Part shown: positions 19,627-28,817 of the stretch, piece by piece
How positions within the stretch are numbered: the stretch's first letter is position 1
Layout: each line of letters opens with the position of its first letter
Source of the DNA: Pseudomonadota bacterium
Lineage (GTDB): Bacteria; Pseudomonadota; Alphaproteobacteria; Rhizobiales; Tepidamorphaceae
NCBI GenBank assembly: GCA_039819185.1
Contig: JBCBSK010000001.1
Coordinates: 1 to 58,832, forward strand
Length of the DNA: 58,832 nucleotides
Direction of reading: 5' to 3'
Position numbers and translations under genes: made by a program
Notes under the pieces: model-generated
What the model saw: only the letters and a program-made list of their open reading frames with translations
Database searches by the model: none
What the model was told of the DNA's origin: nothing

Positions 19627-20441
19627 GCTTTTCCGATACCCATCCAGGCTTCAGCCCGCGCCGGGTCGGCGCGATGGTTCTGCGCCACTGGTATCTGTTG
19701 CGCTCATCTTGGCCGCGCACCTTCGAGCTTATCTACTGGCCGACAGTGCAGATGCTGATGTGGGGCTTTTTCCAGCTCTATCTGGTCGAGACGTCGAGCG
19801 CATTCGCTGCCGCAGCAGGCGTCCTCCTCGGCGGCATCCTGTTGTGGGACGTACTGTTTCGCGGCCAACTCGGCTTCTCGATCTCGTTCCTGGAAGAGAT
19901 GTGGTCGCGAAACATGGGTCATCTGATGATGACGCCGTTGCGTCCGAGCGAGTTCGTTGCTTCGCTGATGACCATGAGCCTGATCCGGGTGATGATCGGC
20001 TTCATTCCGGTCACCTTTCTCGCGATCGTGTTCTTCGGCTTCAATGTCTGGCAGCTTGGCTTCGCCCTCGCGATTTTCTTTCTCAACCTGTTCCTAACAA
20101 GCTGGTCGTTCGGCCTGTTCGTCTCGGGCCTTGTCCTGCGCAACGGGCTCGGAGCGGAAAATCTCGCCTGGTCGATGATGTTCCTGCTTCTGCCACTGTG
20201 CTGCGTCTATTACCCGCTCGAAACATTGCCGGACTGGCTGCAAATGATCTCACTGGCCCTGCCTCCGACCTATGTCTTTGAAGGTATGCGGGCGCTGCTT
20301 CTGGAACAGACCTTCCGTGGCGACCTGATGGTCTGGGCGTTCGCGCTGAATGCCGTCTTGTTTGCGTTCGCCTTCTGGTCGTTCATGCACTTCTACGATG
20401 CGTCGCGACGGGCGGGTGCACTGCTACAGCTTGGGGAATGA
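19623..20441 (+). CDS. ABC-2 type transporter permease
   Basis: 272 aa, six TM segments, with a 4-bp start/stop overlap with the ATPase gene. Confidence 0.85.
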   Translation: MSFSDTHPGFSPRRVGAMVLRHWYLLRSSWPRTFELIYWPTVQMLMWGFFQLYLVETSSAFAAAAGVLLGGILLWDVLFRGQLGFSISFLEEMWSRNMGHLMMTPLRPSEFVASLMTMSLIRVMIGFIPVTFLAIVFFGFNVWQLGFALAIFFLNLFLTSWSFGLFVSGLVLRNGLGAENLAWSMMFLLLPLCCVYYPLETLPDWLQMISLALPPTYVFEGMRALLLEQTFRGDLMVWAFALNAVLFAFAFWSFMHFYDASRRAGALLQLGE

Positions 20442-20709
20442 AGCAATTTAAGGTAGGCAGATGCACGTAGTGCACCTTATCCTTTTTCCCGTAGATCGTG
20501 GTTTGCCTCTGTAGGGCTACGGTGTTCCCTCATACCTTCGCACATGCAAACCTGATTGCGCTTGCCAATTGTGCACTGCAGCGTCTAGCGTTCGGGGTTA
20601 CTAAGGAAACAACAACTTTTCCGCGTTAGTTTGCCGCTTTACGCGGCAATTACCTGCTCAAAGGTGCGTTCATCCGGCTCCGGGGCGCCGAAAGGAAGGG
20701 GAATCGCCG

Positions 20710-22287
20710 ATGTCGTACTATCAATGGTACGAGATGACCCATGCAGCGCTCAGCCCGGCGCGTGCCGTGGCCGATGCCACACGGTTGTTTTACAAAAATC
20801 CACTCAATCCGCTAACCCATACGTCGGCCGGCCGCAGCATTGCGGCGAGTTGCGAGCTGTTCGAGCGCGTTACGCGACGCTATGGCAAGCCGGAATTTGG
20901 CCTCGATACCACCCTTGTCGGCGCGATGCGGGTTCAGGTTCACGAGGAAATCGTCTGGCAGCGGCCGTTCGGCCAGATCATTCATTTCCGTAAGAGCCTA
21001 CCCGCCAATCGCTCGCCCGGACCAAAGCTTCTGATCGTCGCCCCGATGTCTGGGCATTATGCGACGCTGTTGCGCGGCACGGTCGAGACCATGCTGCCCT
21101 ATCACGATGTCTACGTCACCGACTGGATCGATGCGCGCATGGTCCCAATGAGTGAGGGGCCGTTCGATCTCGACGACTACATTGACTATGTTATATCGGT
21201 CCTGCGCTCGCTGGGTGGTGACACCCATGTCATGGCCGTATGCCAACCTTCGGTACCAGTGCTCGCCGCGGTCGCGGTGATGGAGGCCCGCGGCGATGCC
21301 TTCGCGCCGCGTTCGATGACGCTGATGGGCGGGCCGATCGACACCCGCGTGAATCCCACTGCGGTTAACCAATTGGCCGAGGAACGCGATCTCGACTGGT
21401 TCCGGCGCAATGCGATCATGCAGGTGCCGTTCCCGCATCCTGGCTTCATGCGCCATGTTTATCCAGGGTTCCTGCAGCTCACCGGCTTCATGAGCATGAA
21501 TCTCGACCGCCACATGGCCGCGCATCGCGACCTGTTCTACCACTTGATCGAGGGCGACGGTGACAACGCGGAGAAGCATCGCGATTTCTACGACGAGTAT
21601 CTCGCCGTCATGGACCTGACGGCCGAGTTTTACCTTCAAACCGTGGACACGGTGTTCATCCGCCATTCCCTGCCGAAGGGCGAGATGACCCATCGTGGCG
21701 AACCCGTCGACCTGACCGCGATCAAACGGACGGCGCTCATGACGGTCGAAGGTGAGAAGGATGACATTTCCGGTGTCGGTCAGACCGAGGCCGCACACAC
21801 CATTTGCCCGAATATTCCAGACGAGAAGCGCGAACACTATGTCCAGCCGAAGGTCGGCCATTACGGCGTCTTCAACGGCTCACGCTTCAACGCGGAAATC
21901 GCGCCGCGCATCAAGGACTTCATTCTGTCCAACAACGGCCAGCGCCGCCGTGACGACGGCATTGTCGGGGTCGTCAAGCGCAGCGTCAGCCGCATCAAAG
22001 GCTCAGCAACGCGCTCTGCCAGCACCAAGGCTAATGGCAAAGCGCCCGTCGCCACGTCCAGTGGCAACGGCGCCGTTCCGGTCGACGATCTGAAGCAGAT
22101 TTCGGGCATCGGACCCAAGCTGGAAGACCTGCTGAACAGCAAGGGTATCACGAGCTTTGCGCAGATCGCGGCCCTCGATACCGACAGTGCTGCGAACCTC
22201 GAGACCGAGATTGGCACGTTCCAGGGTCGCATTGCCCGCGACGGCTGGGTCGACCAGGCCAAGGATCTGGCAAAGGCAAAGGCCTGA
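20710..22287 (+). CDS. phaZ: Intracellular polyhydroxyalkanoate (PHB) depolymerase PhaZ with C-terminal helix-hairpin-helix-like extension
   Basis: GGAAGGGG RBS. The N-terminus MSYYQWYEMTHAALSPARAVADATRLFYKNPLNP and the collinear core match intracellular PHB depolymerases. It has about 120 extra C-terminal residues ending DDLKQISGIGPKLEDLLNSKGITSFAQIAAL... Confidence 0.88.
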   Translation: MSYYQWYEMTHAALSPARAVADATRLFYKNPLNPLTHTSAGRSIAASCELFERVTRRYGKPEFGLDTTLVGAMRVQVHEEIVWQRPFGQIIHFRKSLPANRSPGPKLLIVAPMSGHYATLLRGTVETMLPYHDVYVTDWIDARMVPMSEGPFDLDDYIDYVISVLRSLGGDTHVMAVCQPSVPVLAAVAVMEARGDAFAPRSMTLMGGPIDTRVNPTAVNQLAEERDLDWFRRNAIMQVPFPHPGFMRHVYPGFLQLTGFMSMNLDRHMAAHRDLFYHLIEGDGDNAEKHRDFYDEYLAVMDLTAEFYLQTVDTVFIRHSLPKGEMTHRGEPVDLTAIKRTALMTVEGEKDDISGVGQTEAAHTICPNIPDEKREHYVQPKVGHYGVFNGSRFNAEIAPRIKDFILSNNGQRRRDDGIVGVVKRSVSRIKGSATRSASTKANGKAPVATSSGNGAVPVDDLKQISGIGPKLEDLLNSKGITSFAQIAALDTDSAANLETEIGTFQGRIARDGWVDQAKDLAKAKA

Positions 22288-22320
22288 TGCAGGCAGGCCG
22301 GACCTGCGCCCGGCCTGCAT
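22287..22320 (+). terminator. GC-rich hairpin immediately after the phaZ stop (possible terminator, no U-tract)
   Basis: ATGCAGGC/GCCTGCAT (8 bp) and the inner AGGCCGG/CCGGCCT (7 bp) can pair. It starts at the last base of the TGA. Confidence 0.4.
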
Positions 22321-22444
22321 ATCGAATCGCACGGATAATTATCGACTTGCGTTTTCCACACTTTGCCCGATTGCAAGGATGGGGCTTTGGCAGCGGCGGT
22401 GAGGCGTGTCATCTTCGGAACAAAAGGTGATTCGCGAGATCCTC

Positions 22445-23218
22445 ATGCTTGACAGTTTCCGGGCACGCTTTCGAACCTCGCCGCGCAAAGCAAACCGGTC
22501 CGATCCGGCGGTGATCACGCTGGACCTCGATGACGGCCCAGCCACAGTGCGAATCCGGCGCAACAATCGAGCACGCCGCATGACCCTGCGCCATGATGCA
22601 GCGACCGGCGAAGCGGTTGTCACCCTGCCGAAGAACACGGCCTTGGAATGCGCCCTGAGTTTTCTCGACAACCATCGCGGCTGGATCAGCGAGCGGCGCA
22701 GACGCCATGGTCCGCCGATTCCGTTCGCACCCGGCGCCGAAGTGCCAGTGCGCGGGGTCCCACATCTGTTGCAACAGCTTCCAGCGCGGCGCGGTGTAAT
22801 CGAGGTTCGGACAGCGGTGGACAAGCCGGTCCTCGCGATACCGGGCGACATGGACCACTTCGCTCGCAGGTTGTCGGACTGGCTGAAACGTCAGGCACGT
22901 GCTGATCTTGATCTCGCAGTTTCCCGACACGCAGACAGACTCGGCGTGCGGCCCACACGGTTGAGCATCCGCGATCAAAGGTCGCGTTGGGGTTCGTGCT
23001 CACACACAGGCGGACTAGCGTTTTCTTGGCGGCTAATCCTGGCGCCGAACTTCGTGCTCGACTATGTCGCAGCACATGAGGTTGCCCATCTTGTCGAGAT
23101 GAACCATTCGGACGCGTTCTGGCGGACATTACGGGAGACCGACGCAGACGTGGATCGCGCAGAAGCTTGGCTCAAAGCGCATGGCGCCAAGCTTCATCGT
23201 TACGGACGTGCGGCATAG
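22445..23218 (+). CDS. M48 family metallopeptidase (YgjP/DUF45, SprT-like)
   Basis: Zinc motif HEVAHLVEMNHSDAFW near the C-terminus; RARRMTLR segment near the N-terminus. Start ATG 22445 or GTG 22406. Confidence 0.8.
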   Translation: MLDSFRARFRTSPRKANRSDPAVITLDLDDGPATVRIRRNNRARRMTLRHDAATGEAVVTLPKNTALECALSFLDNHRGWISERRRRHGPPIPFAPGAEVPVRGVPHLLQQLPARRGVIEVRTAVDKPVLAIPGDMDHFARRLSDWLKRQARADLDLAVSRHADRLGVRPTRLSIRDQRSRWGSCSHTGGLAFSWRLILAPNFVLDYVAAHEVAHLVEMNHSDAFWRTLRETDADVDRAEAWLKAHGAKLHRYGRAA

Positions 23219-23245
23219 CCGTATCGCCGCGCGACCGACAGCGCG

Positions 23246-25393
23246 TCAGTAGATGTTCCCGAAAAGATTGCGGAAGAAACCGCCAAACGGCGCTTCGCCG
23301 CCGCCCTGGCCAGGTTGTGTGCGCGGCCCGCGATCGTCATAGCCAGGCTCATACCAGGGCTGAGCCGGATCTGAGCCGCTCGGAACAACACCTTGGCCAT
23401 AGGGATCATGCGTCGCCACATCATAGCCAGCGCCTGGATGGTATGTGCCGGGAAGCTCGGCGATTGCGACGCCGAAATAGGCGCTGTCCATGAAATCATG
23501 CCAGATCGTGGCCGGTAGTGAGCCGCCGGTGACGCGCGCCATTGGCGTCCGGTCGTCATTGCCGACCCAGACGCCGGTGACGAGGTCCGCCGTATAGCCG
23601 ATGAACCAAGCGTCGCGGAATTCCTGCGCCGTTCCAGTCTTGCCCGCTACGGGGCGCGGTTCCAAGCTTGCCCGCCGGCCGGTACCGGTTTCGACCGTCT
23701 CGCGCAGCATGTGGTTCATCGCACCGACCGTATCATCGCCGAGAATACGTGCCGCTCCCGGCGGACGCCGTTCGTAAAGAACCCTGCCGTCTTCGGCCGC
23801 AATCACCCTCTCGATGATATGCGGCATCACACGGAAACCGCCATTGGCCAGCGGTGCATAGGCCGAGGTCAGTTCGAGCAATGTGGTCTCGGACGTGCCA
23901 AGCGACAGCGACAGATTGTTGCCCATCTCAGAGCGGATGCCCATGCGCTCAGCGATCTCGACGACCCGGTCGAGACCGACCTCGGCGGCGAGTCTGACGG
24001 CAATCGTATTGATCGACTTCGACAAGGCATGAGTCAGCGTGACCGGGCCCTCGAAGTCGTCTGAGTAATTGCTCGGTGACCAGTCGCCGAAGGTCACCGG
24101 CGCATCATTGCGGATCGTATCGGGCCATAGGCCGGTTTCAAGAGCGGCGGCATAGATGAAGGGCTTGAAGGCCGAGCCGGGCTGACGCAGCGCACGCGTC
24201 GCGCGGTTGTACTGACTCTCGCTATAGGACCGCCCACCGACCATCGCCTTGATCGCACCTGACGGATCAACGGAAACAAGCGCTGCCTGCCCAGCCTTCT
24301 TTTCCGCGCCCTCGAGCGCCATGACAGCCAAAAGCGCGCTCTCGGCTTCGGCCTGAAGACGCAGGTCGACCGTCGTTTCAACAACCACATCCGAGGACAG
24401 TCGTCCGAGCAGAAGTTCCACCTGATCGGCGACATAGTCCGCGACATAGCCGGACGAGCCACCGGGATTGGTCGGCTTCACCTGAGCCGGGTTGATCTCG
24501 GCATTGCGGGCATCCACTTCGGTGATGAAGCCTGTCTCGACCATCGCCTGAAGCACGAGGCGCGCGCGCGCTGCCGCCGCTTCCGGATCGCGGGTCGGCG
24601 CAAAACGGGACGGCGCCTTGAGCAGGCCCGCGATAACGGCCGCTTCCGCCAGTGTCACATCGCGGGCGCTCTTGTTGAAGTAGGTCTGGGCTGCGGCCTC
24701 GACGCCATAAGCGCCGGCGCCGAGATAGACCCGGTTGAGGTACATCTCCAGGATGGCGTCCTTGTCGAAGCGCGCCTCGAGCCAGAGCGCCAGCACCACT
24801 TCCTGGATCTTGCGCTCCATGGTCCGGTCACGTTCGAGGAACAGGTTCTTCGCAAGCTGCTGGGTCAGGGTCGAGCCACCCTGGACCACCCGGCCGGCCT
24901 GGACATTAACGAGCATCGCGCGGGCAAGGCCCACGGGATCGATCCCAAAATGATTTCGAAACCGGCGGTCCTCGATCGCCATGACCGCTTCAGGGAGATA
25001 GACGGGCAATTCGAACAATCGCACCACCTCGCCACCGGTCTCGCCGCGATTGCCGATCAGGCCGCCATCAACGGAAACAACGCGAACGTTGGCCGGACGC
25101 TCCGGTACCGCAAGCTCCGACATCGGCGGAAGCTGGGCGGCATAATAGAGGAGCACACCGATGACACCGATCACCGCCCAGATGCCAAGCACCATTGTGT
25201 AGTAGACCAACCGTCCGATCAGGCCGACCGCACCACCCCGACGACGACGCTCGCGGCCCGGCTTTCCGCTCCGCGACGGCTTGCGGTGCAAAACCGGGCG
25301 ATCATCCTGGTCAGCCACTGCTGTCCGATTGCCACCGAACATCGATCCATCGAAACTCGGCTCGACCCGTTGTCCCGCTTTGCCGCGTGCCAT
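23246..25393 (-). CDS. PBP1A family penicillin-binding protein (glycosyltransferase + transpeptidase)
   Basis: GT51 motifs AIEDRRF, GGSTLTQQLAKN, RKIQE. Transpeptidase motifs SAFKP, SKS(IN), KTGT. Start chosen at MARGKAGQ (25393); the ORF extends to 25510. Confidence 0.88.
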   Translation of the reverse strand: MARGKAGQRVEPSFDGSMFGGNRTAVADQDDRPVLHRKPSRSGKPGRERRRRGGAVGLIGRLVYYTMVLGIWAVIGVIGVLLYYAAQLPPMSELAVPERPANVRVVSVDGGLIGNRGETGGEVVRLFELPVYLPEAVMAIEDRRFRNHFGIDPVGLARAMLVNVQAGRVVQGGSTLTQQLAKNLFLERDRTMERKIQEVVLALWLEARFDKDAILEMYLNRVYLGAGAYGVEAAAQTYFNKSARDVTLAEAAVIAGLLKAPSRFAPTRDPEAAAARARLVLQAMVETGFITEVDARNAEINPAQVKPTNPGGSSGYVADYVADQVELLLGRLSSDVVVETTVDLRLQAEAESALLAVMALEGAEKKAGQAALVSVDPSGAIKAMVGGRSYSESQYNRATRALRQPGSAFKPFIYAAALETGLWPDTIRNDAPVTFGDWSPSNYSDDFEGPVTLTHALSKSINTIAVRLAAEVGLDRVVEIAERMGIRSEMGNNLSLSLGTSETTLLELTSAYAPLANGGFRVMPHIIERVIAAEDGRVLYERRPPGAARILGDDTVGAMNHMLRETVETGTGRRASLEPRPVAGKTGTAQEFRDAWFIGYTADLVTGVWVGNDDRTPMARVTGGSLPATIWHDFMDSAYFGVAIAELPGTYHPGAGYDVATHDPYGQGVVPSGSDPAQPWYEPGYDDRGPRTQPGQGGGEAPFGGFFRNLFGNIY

Positions 25394-25677
25394 GTCCGTC
25401 CCATCCATGGGGTGGTTCGCGCACAGAGTCCGATCCGTGCCCGCCCCTATCCGAAATCTTCGTCGCCTGCGCACGCCCGACATATGCCGAAGACACCGAG
25501 CCCCACGCAAATGTGAAGCTAGGGTTGGCCGCTTAAACCACGGTTAAGGCTGTCTTGAGGCAAACGCGGAAAGACCACGCATTGGGGCGATGAAAACGAG
25601 GGTCCAGACTCACTCAAGATATGCGTTCTGTTTGAGGAGAGCCGTCCATATGCGGCGCAAACCTCCCTCGAACAGGC

Positions 25678-26829
25678 TTAGGGTCCGGTGCCGGACGCAT
25701 CCGATCCGGCAGTGTCTTCGTTGGACACTGATTCAGCGTCAGTTTCTGCATCGGCCTGTTGGCGCACGGCGGTAATCATCGCCGCTGCGACGGCCTTGGC
25801 AATCTGCGCCGTGGTGGCGCTGCCGCCGAGATCGGCCGAGCGATTTTCGGGCTGGGCAAGTGCAGCCTCCGCACCGACCTCGATCGCGATTGCCGCATCA
25901 ATCAGAGATTGTTCGCCGCGCATCTGGCCAGCCCAATCGAGACACCGTGCAACGGACAGAATAAACGGCACCGGATCGGACACGCCACGCCCTGCAATGT
26001 CGCCGCGCGGTCCTCCAGAAACCAGCGACACAGCCTGCCGATCGTTGATCGCGAGTTCGGCCGTCATTGCCGCGGATCCGGACACGCCGCCGACAAGCGT
26101 TGTTAAGGCCGATCCCGATACCCCCGAGACGATCCACGTCGCGCCTTGGCCGCCCGGGCCGGCAAGTGCCTGTGGAACCGCGTTGAATGGCAGTGCCTGA
26201 TGATCAACACCGGAGGCCGTCAGCACCGCCATCACCTCTGCAGCGAACAGACCTTCGGACATTGGAAACACGGTCGTCTGCTCAACCACACGCACGGGGC
26301 CTGGGCGTCCGAGCGCAAGCGCAACGCCAGCCTCTGCCAAACGGCGCGTCTCGCCACGGCTGGCGACAGCCATGTCGAGGCCGACATCTTCCGTGGCGAG
26401 CATGGAGCCTGAGCCCACCGTCATGTTGCGGCGCGGATCGGCCCCTTCACGCGCTGGCGAGACGATCAGGATATCAAGATCAGGAGTTGAGGTTGCAAAA
26501 CCTGCCCAAGGCCGCACCATGGCCAGCCTGGCATAGAGATCGACATCCTTGATGAGGCGCGCAGCCGTGTCGGAGGCGAGAGCCTCGCGCGACGCGCCGG
26601 CATCGGCCAACGGCCCGACCACCGCGATATCCGAGACCTTGAGAGCCTCAAGCGTCGCTTCCGGCAGCGGATCTCCGCTTTCCTCCAAAGCAACCGACCC
26701 GATCGCCACGCTGTCGGCTTCGATATCAAGCGCAAACAGACCGGTCGCGGTTTTCAGGATATAGGCCGTCGCGGCCGCACATTCCGGGCCGACCCCATCT
26801 CCCGGCAAAAGAAGTAGCTTTACCGACAT
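25678..26829 (-). CDS. Isocitrate/isopropylmalate dehydrogenase family-like protein, divergent (possibly non-catalytic)
   Basis: N-terminus MSVKLLLLPGDGVGPE and C-terminal ADLGGSATTAQIAKAV match the family framework. The positions of the catalytic Lys and metal-binding Asp residues appear substituted (see findings). Acidic, low-complexity tail. Confidence 0.65.
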   Translation of the reverse strand: MSVKLLLLPGDGVGPECAAATAYILKTATGLFALDIEADSVAIGSVALEESGDPLPEATLEALKVSDIAVVGPLADAGASREALASDTAARLIKDVDLYARLAMVRPWAGFATSTPDLDILIVSPAREGADPRRNMTVGSGSMLATEDVGLDMAVASRGETRRLAEAGVALALGRPGPVRVVEQTTVFPMSEGLFAAEVMAVLTASGVDHQALPFNAVPQALAGPGGQGATWIVSGVSGSALTTLVGGVSGSAAMTAELAINDRQAVSLVSGGPRGDIAGRGVSDPVPFILSVARCLDWAGQMRGEQSLIDAAIAIEVGAEAALAQPENRSADLGGSATTAQIAKAVAAAMITAVRQQADAETDAESVSNEDTAGSDASGTGP

Positions 26830-26919
26830 CTGACCTGACCCAACCTGTTTCCGTGTCCACGCATCGGCACGCGGAACACATGCATCGGCAAAGTTTCGCG
26901 AAACAGGCTTACTCGCCGG

Positions 26920-27390
26920 TTAATCGGTCACGAGACCGAGCGGCAAGGCCCGGTTCACCACCTTACGCAGTGCGAAATTGCTGTGGATCCGTGCAACATG
27001 CGGGAGGCGGGACAGATGCTCGCGATGTAGCCGCTCATAGTCGTCGAGATCGCGCGCAGCTACCCGCAGAAGATAGTCGTAGTCACCTGCCATAAGGAAG
27101 CAGACCAGAACGTTGGGCAGCCTGGTCACCTCCTCTTCGAAGGCGCGCATATAGTCCTCTTGCTGACCTTCGAGCGTGATCCTGACCAGCGCAACCACCG
27201 GAAACCCGATCGCCTGATCGTCGATCTCAGCGTGATAGCCTGAGACGATGCCAGCCTCTTCAAGCTCGCGCAGTCTCCGGCCGATCTGCGAGGCCGAGAG
27301 CGGCACGCGTTCGGCCAGCGCGACATGGCTCAGCCGCGCATCGGACTGAAGTTCCGCTAGAATGGCACGATCCCGCGCATCCAATTTCAT
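26920..27390 (-). CDS. Lrp/AsnC family transcriptional regulator
   Basis: 156 aa: MKLDARDRAILAELQSDARLSHVALAERVPLSASQIGRRLRELEEAGI. Divergent from ald. Confidence 0.9.
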   Translation of the reverse strand: MKLDARDRAILAELQSDARLSHVALAERVPLSASQIGRRLRELEEAGIVSGYHAEIDDQAIGFPVVALVRITLEGQQEDYMRAFEEEVTRLPNVLVCFLMAGDYDYLLRVAARDLDDYERLHREHLSRLPHVARIHSNFALRKVVNRALPLGLVTD

Positions 27391-27606
27391 GTTCGCCAGA
27401 TCTTCGCGTTACTAGAACGTTCGATGCACATAATGCGCATGATTATCACCTCAACGCATGCTCTTCGCAAGGACGTCGCATCCTATCGAAGCTATCCTTT
27501 TTCACCCGATGCGTTCGCTCGAACCATGTTGATTGTCAGGCCGTCGACAGAATGGCTGCACATGGTCGCAAGCGTATCAGACGAGGAAACCTCAAGGAGA
27601 CACACC

Positions 27607-28722
27607 ATGCTGATCGGCGTTCCCAAAGAGATCAAACAGGGCGAGTTCCGTGTCGGTCTGACGCCGGGCAGCGCGCGCGAATATGTGGGCCACGGCCATG
27701 ACGTCCTGGTCCAGGCCGGCGCCGGCGCCGCCATCGGCTTCGACGACGCAGCCTATCGTACAGCCGGGGCCAAAATCGCCGACACGGCGGAAGAGATTTT
27801 CACGCGCGCCGACATGATCGTTAAGGTCAAGGAACCGCAATCCAACGAATGGCCGCAGCTTCGCCAAGGCCAGATCCTTTATACCTACCTCCACCTGGCA
27901 GCCGAGCCGGATCTCACGAAAGGTCTAGTCGAGACCGGCGTGACGGCCATCGCCTATGAGACGGTTACAGATGCTCATGGCGGATTGCCGCTTTTGGCGC
28001 CGATGTCGGAAGTCGCAGGCCGGCTGTCGATCCAAGCAGCCGCCCACTGCCTAGAAATGCACCAAGGCGGCTCGGGCGTTCTGATCGGCGGCGTGCCGGG
28101 CGTGGCGCCGGCGCGTGTCGTCGTGATCGGTGGCGGGGTTGTTGGAACACATGCTGCACGCATGGCCATCGGCCTAGGTGCCGAGGTGACAATTCTCGAC
28201 CGGTCTCTCCCACGCCTGAGAGCGCTAGACGATCTCTTCAACAGCAAGGTACGCACACTTTATTCGACCGGCGAGACGCTCGAAGATGAGGTCTTGTCCG
28301 CCGATGCCGTTATCGGCGCAGTGCTGGTACCGGGCGCCAAGGCGCCAAAGCTCGTCAGCCGCGACATGGTTTCACGCATGAAGACCGGCTCGGTGCTGGT
28401 CGATGTGGCTATCGACCAAGGCGGAGCGTTCGAGACCTCGCGTGCGACCACCCATGCCGAGCCGACCTTCATCATCGACCGCGTGGTGCATTATTGCGTC
28501 GCCAACATGCCGGGTGCAGCCGCCGCGACCGCAACGCGGTCGCTGAACAACGCGACCCTGGCCTATGGGCTTGCACTCGCGGACCACGGTTTAGACGCGC
28601 TTGAGGATCCGTATCTGCGCGCTGGTCTCAACACCCATCAAGGTCACGTCACCCATCCCGCCGTTGCCGACGCGTTCGGCATGGCGTTTTGGGATCCGGG
28701 GACGCATCGCCTGGCGGCGTAA
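27607..28722 (+). CDS. ald: Alanine dehydrogenase
   Basis: ATG 27607 after AAGGAGA: MLIGVPKEIKQGEFRVGLTP... Contains the NAD fold VVVIGGGVVGTHAA. 371 aa. The track ORF starting at 27424 is a 5' over-extension. Confidence 0.92.
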   Translation: MLIGVPKEIKQGEFRVGLTPGSAREYVGHGHDVLVQAGAGAAIGFDDAAYRTAGAKIADTAEEIFTRADMIVKVKEPQSNEWPQLRQGQILYTYLHLAAEPDLTKGLVETGVTAIAYETVTDAHGGLPLLAPMSEVAGRLSIQAAAHCLEMHQGGSGVLIGGVPGVAPARVVVIGGGVVGTHAARMAIGLGAEVTILDRSLPRLRALDDLFNSKVRTLYSTGETLEDEVLSADAVIGAVLVPGAKAPKLVSRDMVSRMKTGSVLVDVAIDQGGAFETSRATTHAEPTFIIDRVVHYCVANMPGAAAATATRSLNNATLAYGLALADHGLDALEDPYLRAGLNTHQGHVTHPAVADAFGMAFWDPGTHRLAA

Positions 28723-28817
28723 AACAATCTTGTTTTGGCATTGGATATACTGAGCCGGCTACGGCTCCCAAAGCGGGGCCACCCAGTGCTCAACGTCAAG
28801 AGATCAAGCGTCTCAGG

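Noticed and set aside
28723-28745. An AAAACAA-tc-TTGTTTT hairpin after the ald stop, as a possible terminator.
   Set aside because: The stem is A/T only (7 bp) with a 2-nt loop, which is thermodynamically weak. It is not convincing as an intrinsic terminator.
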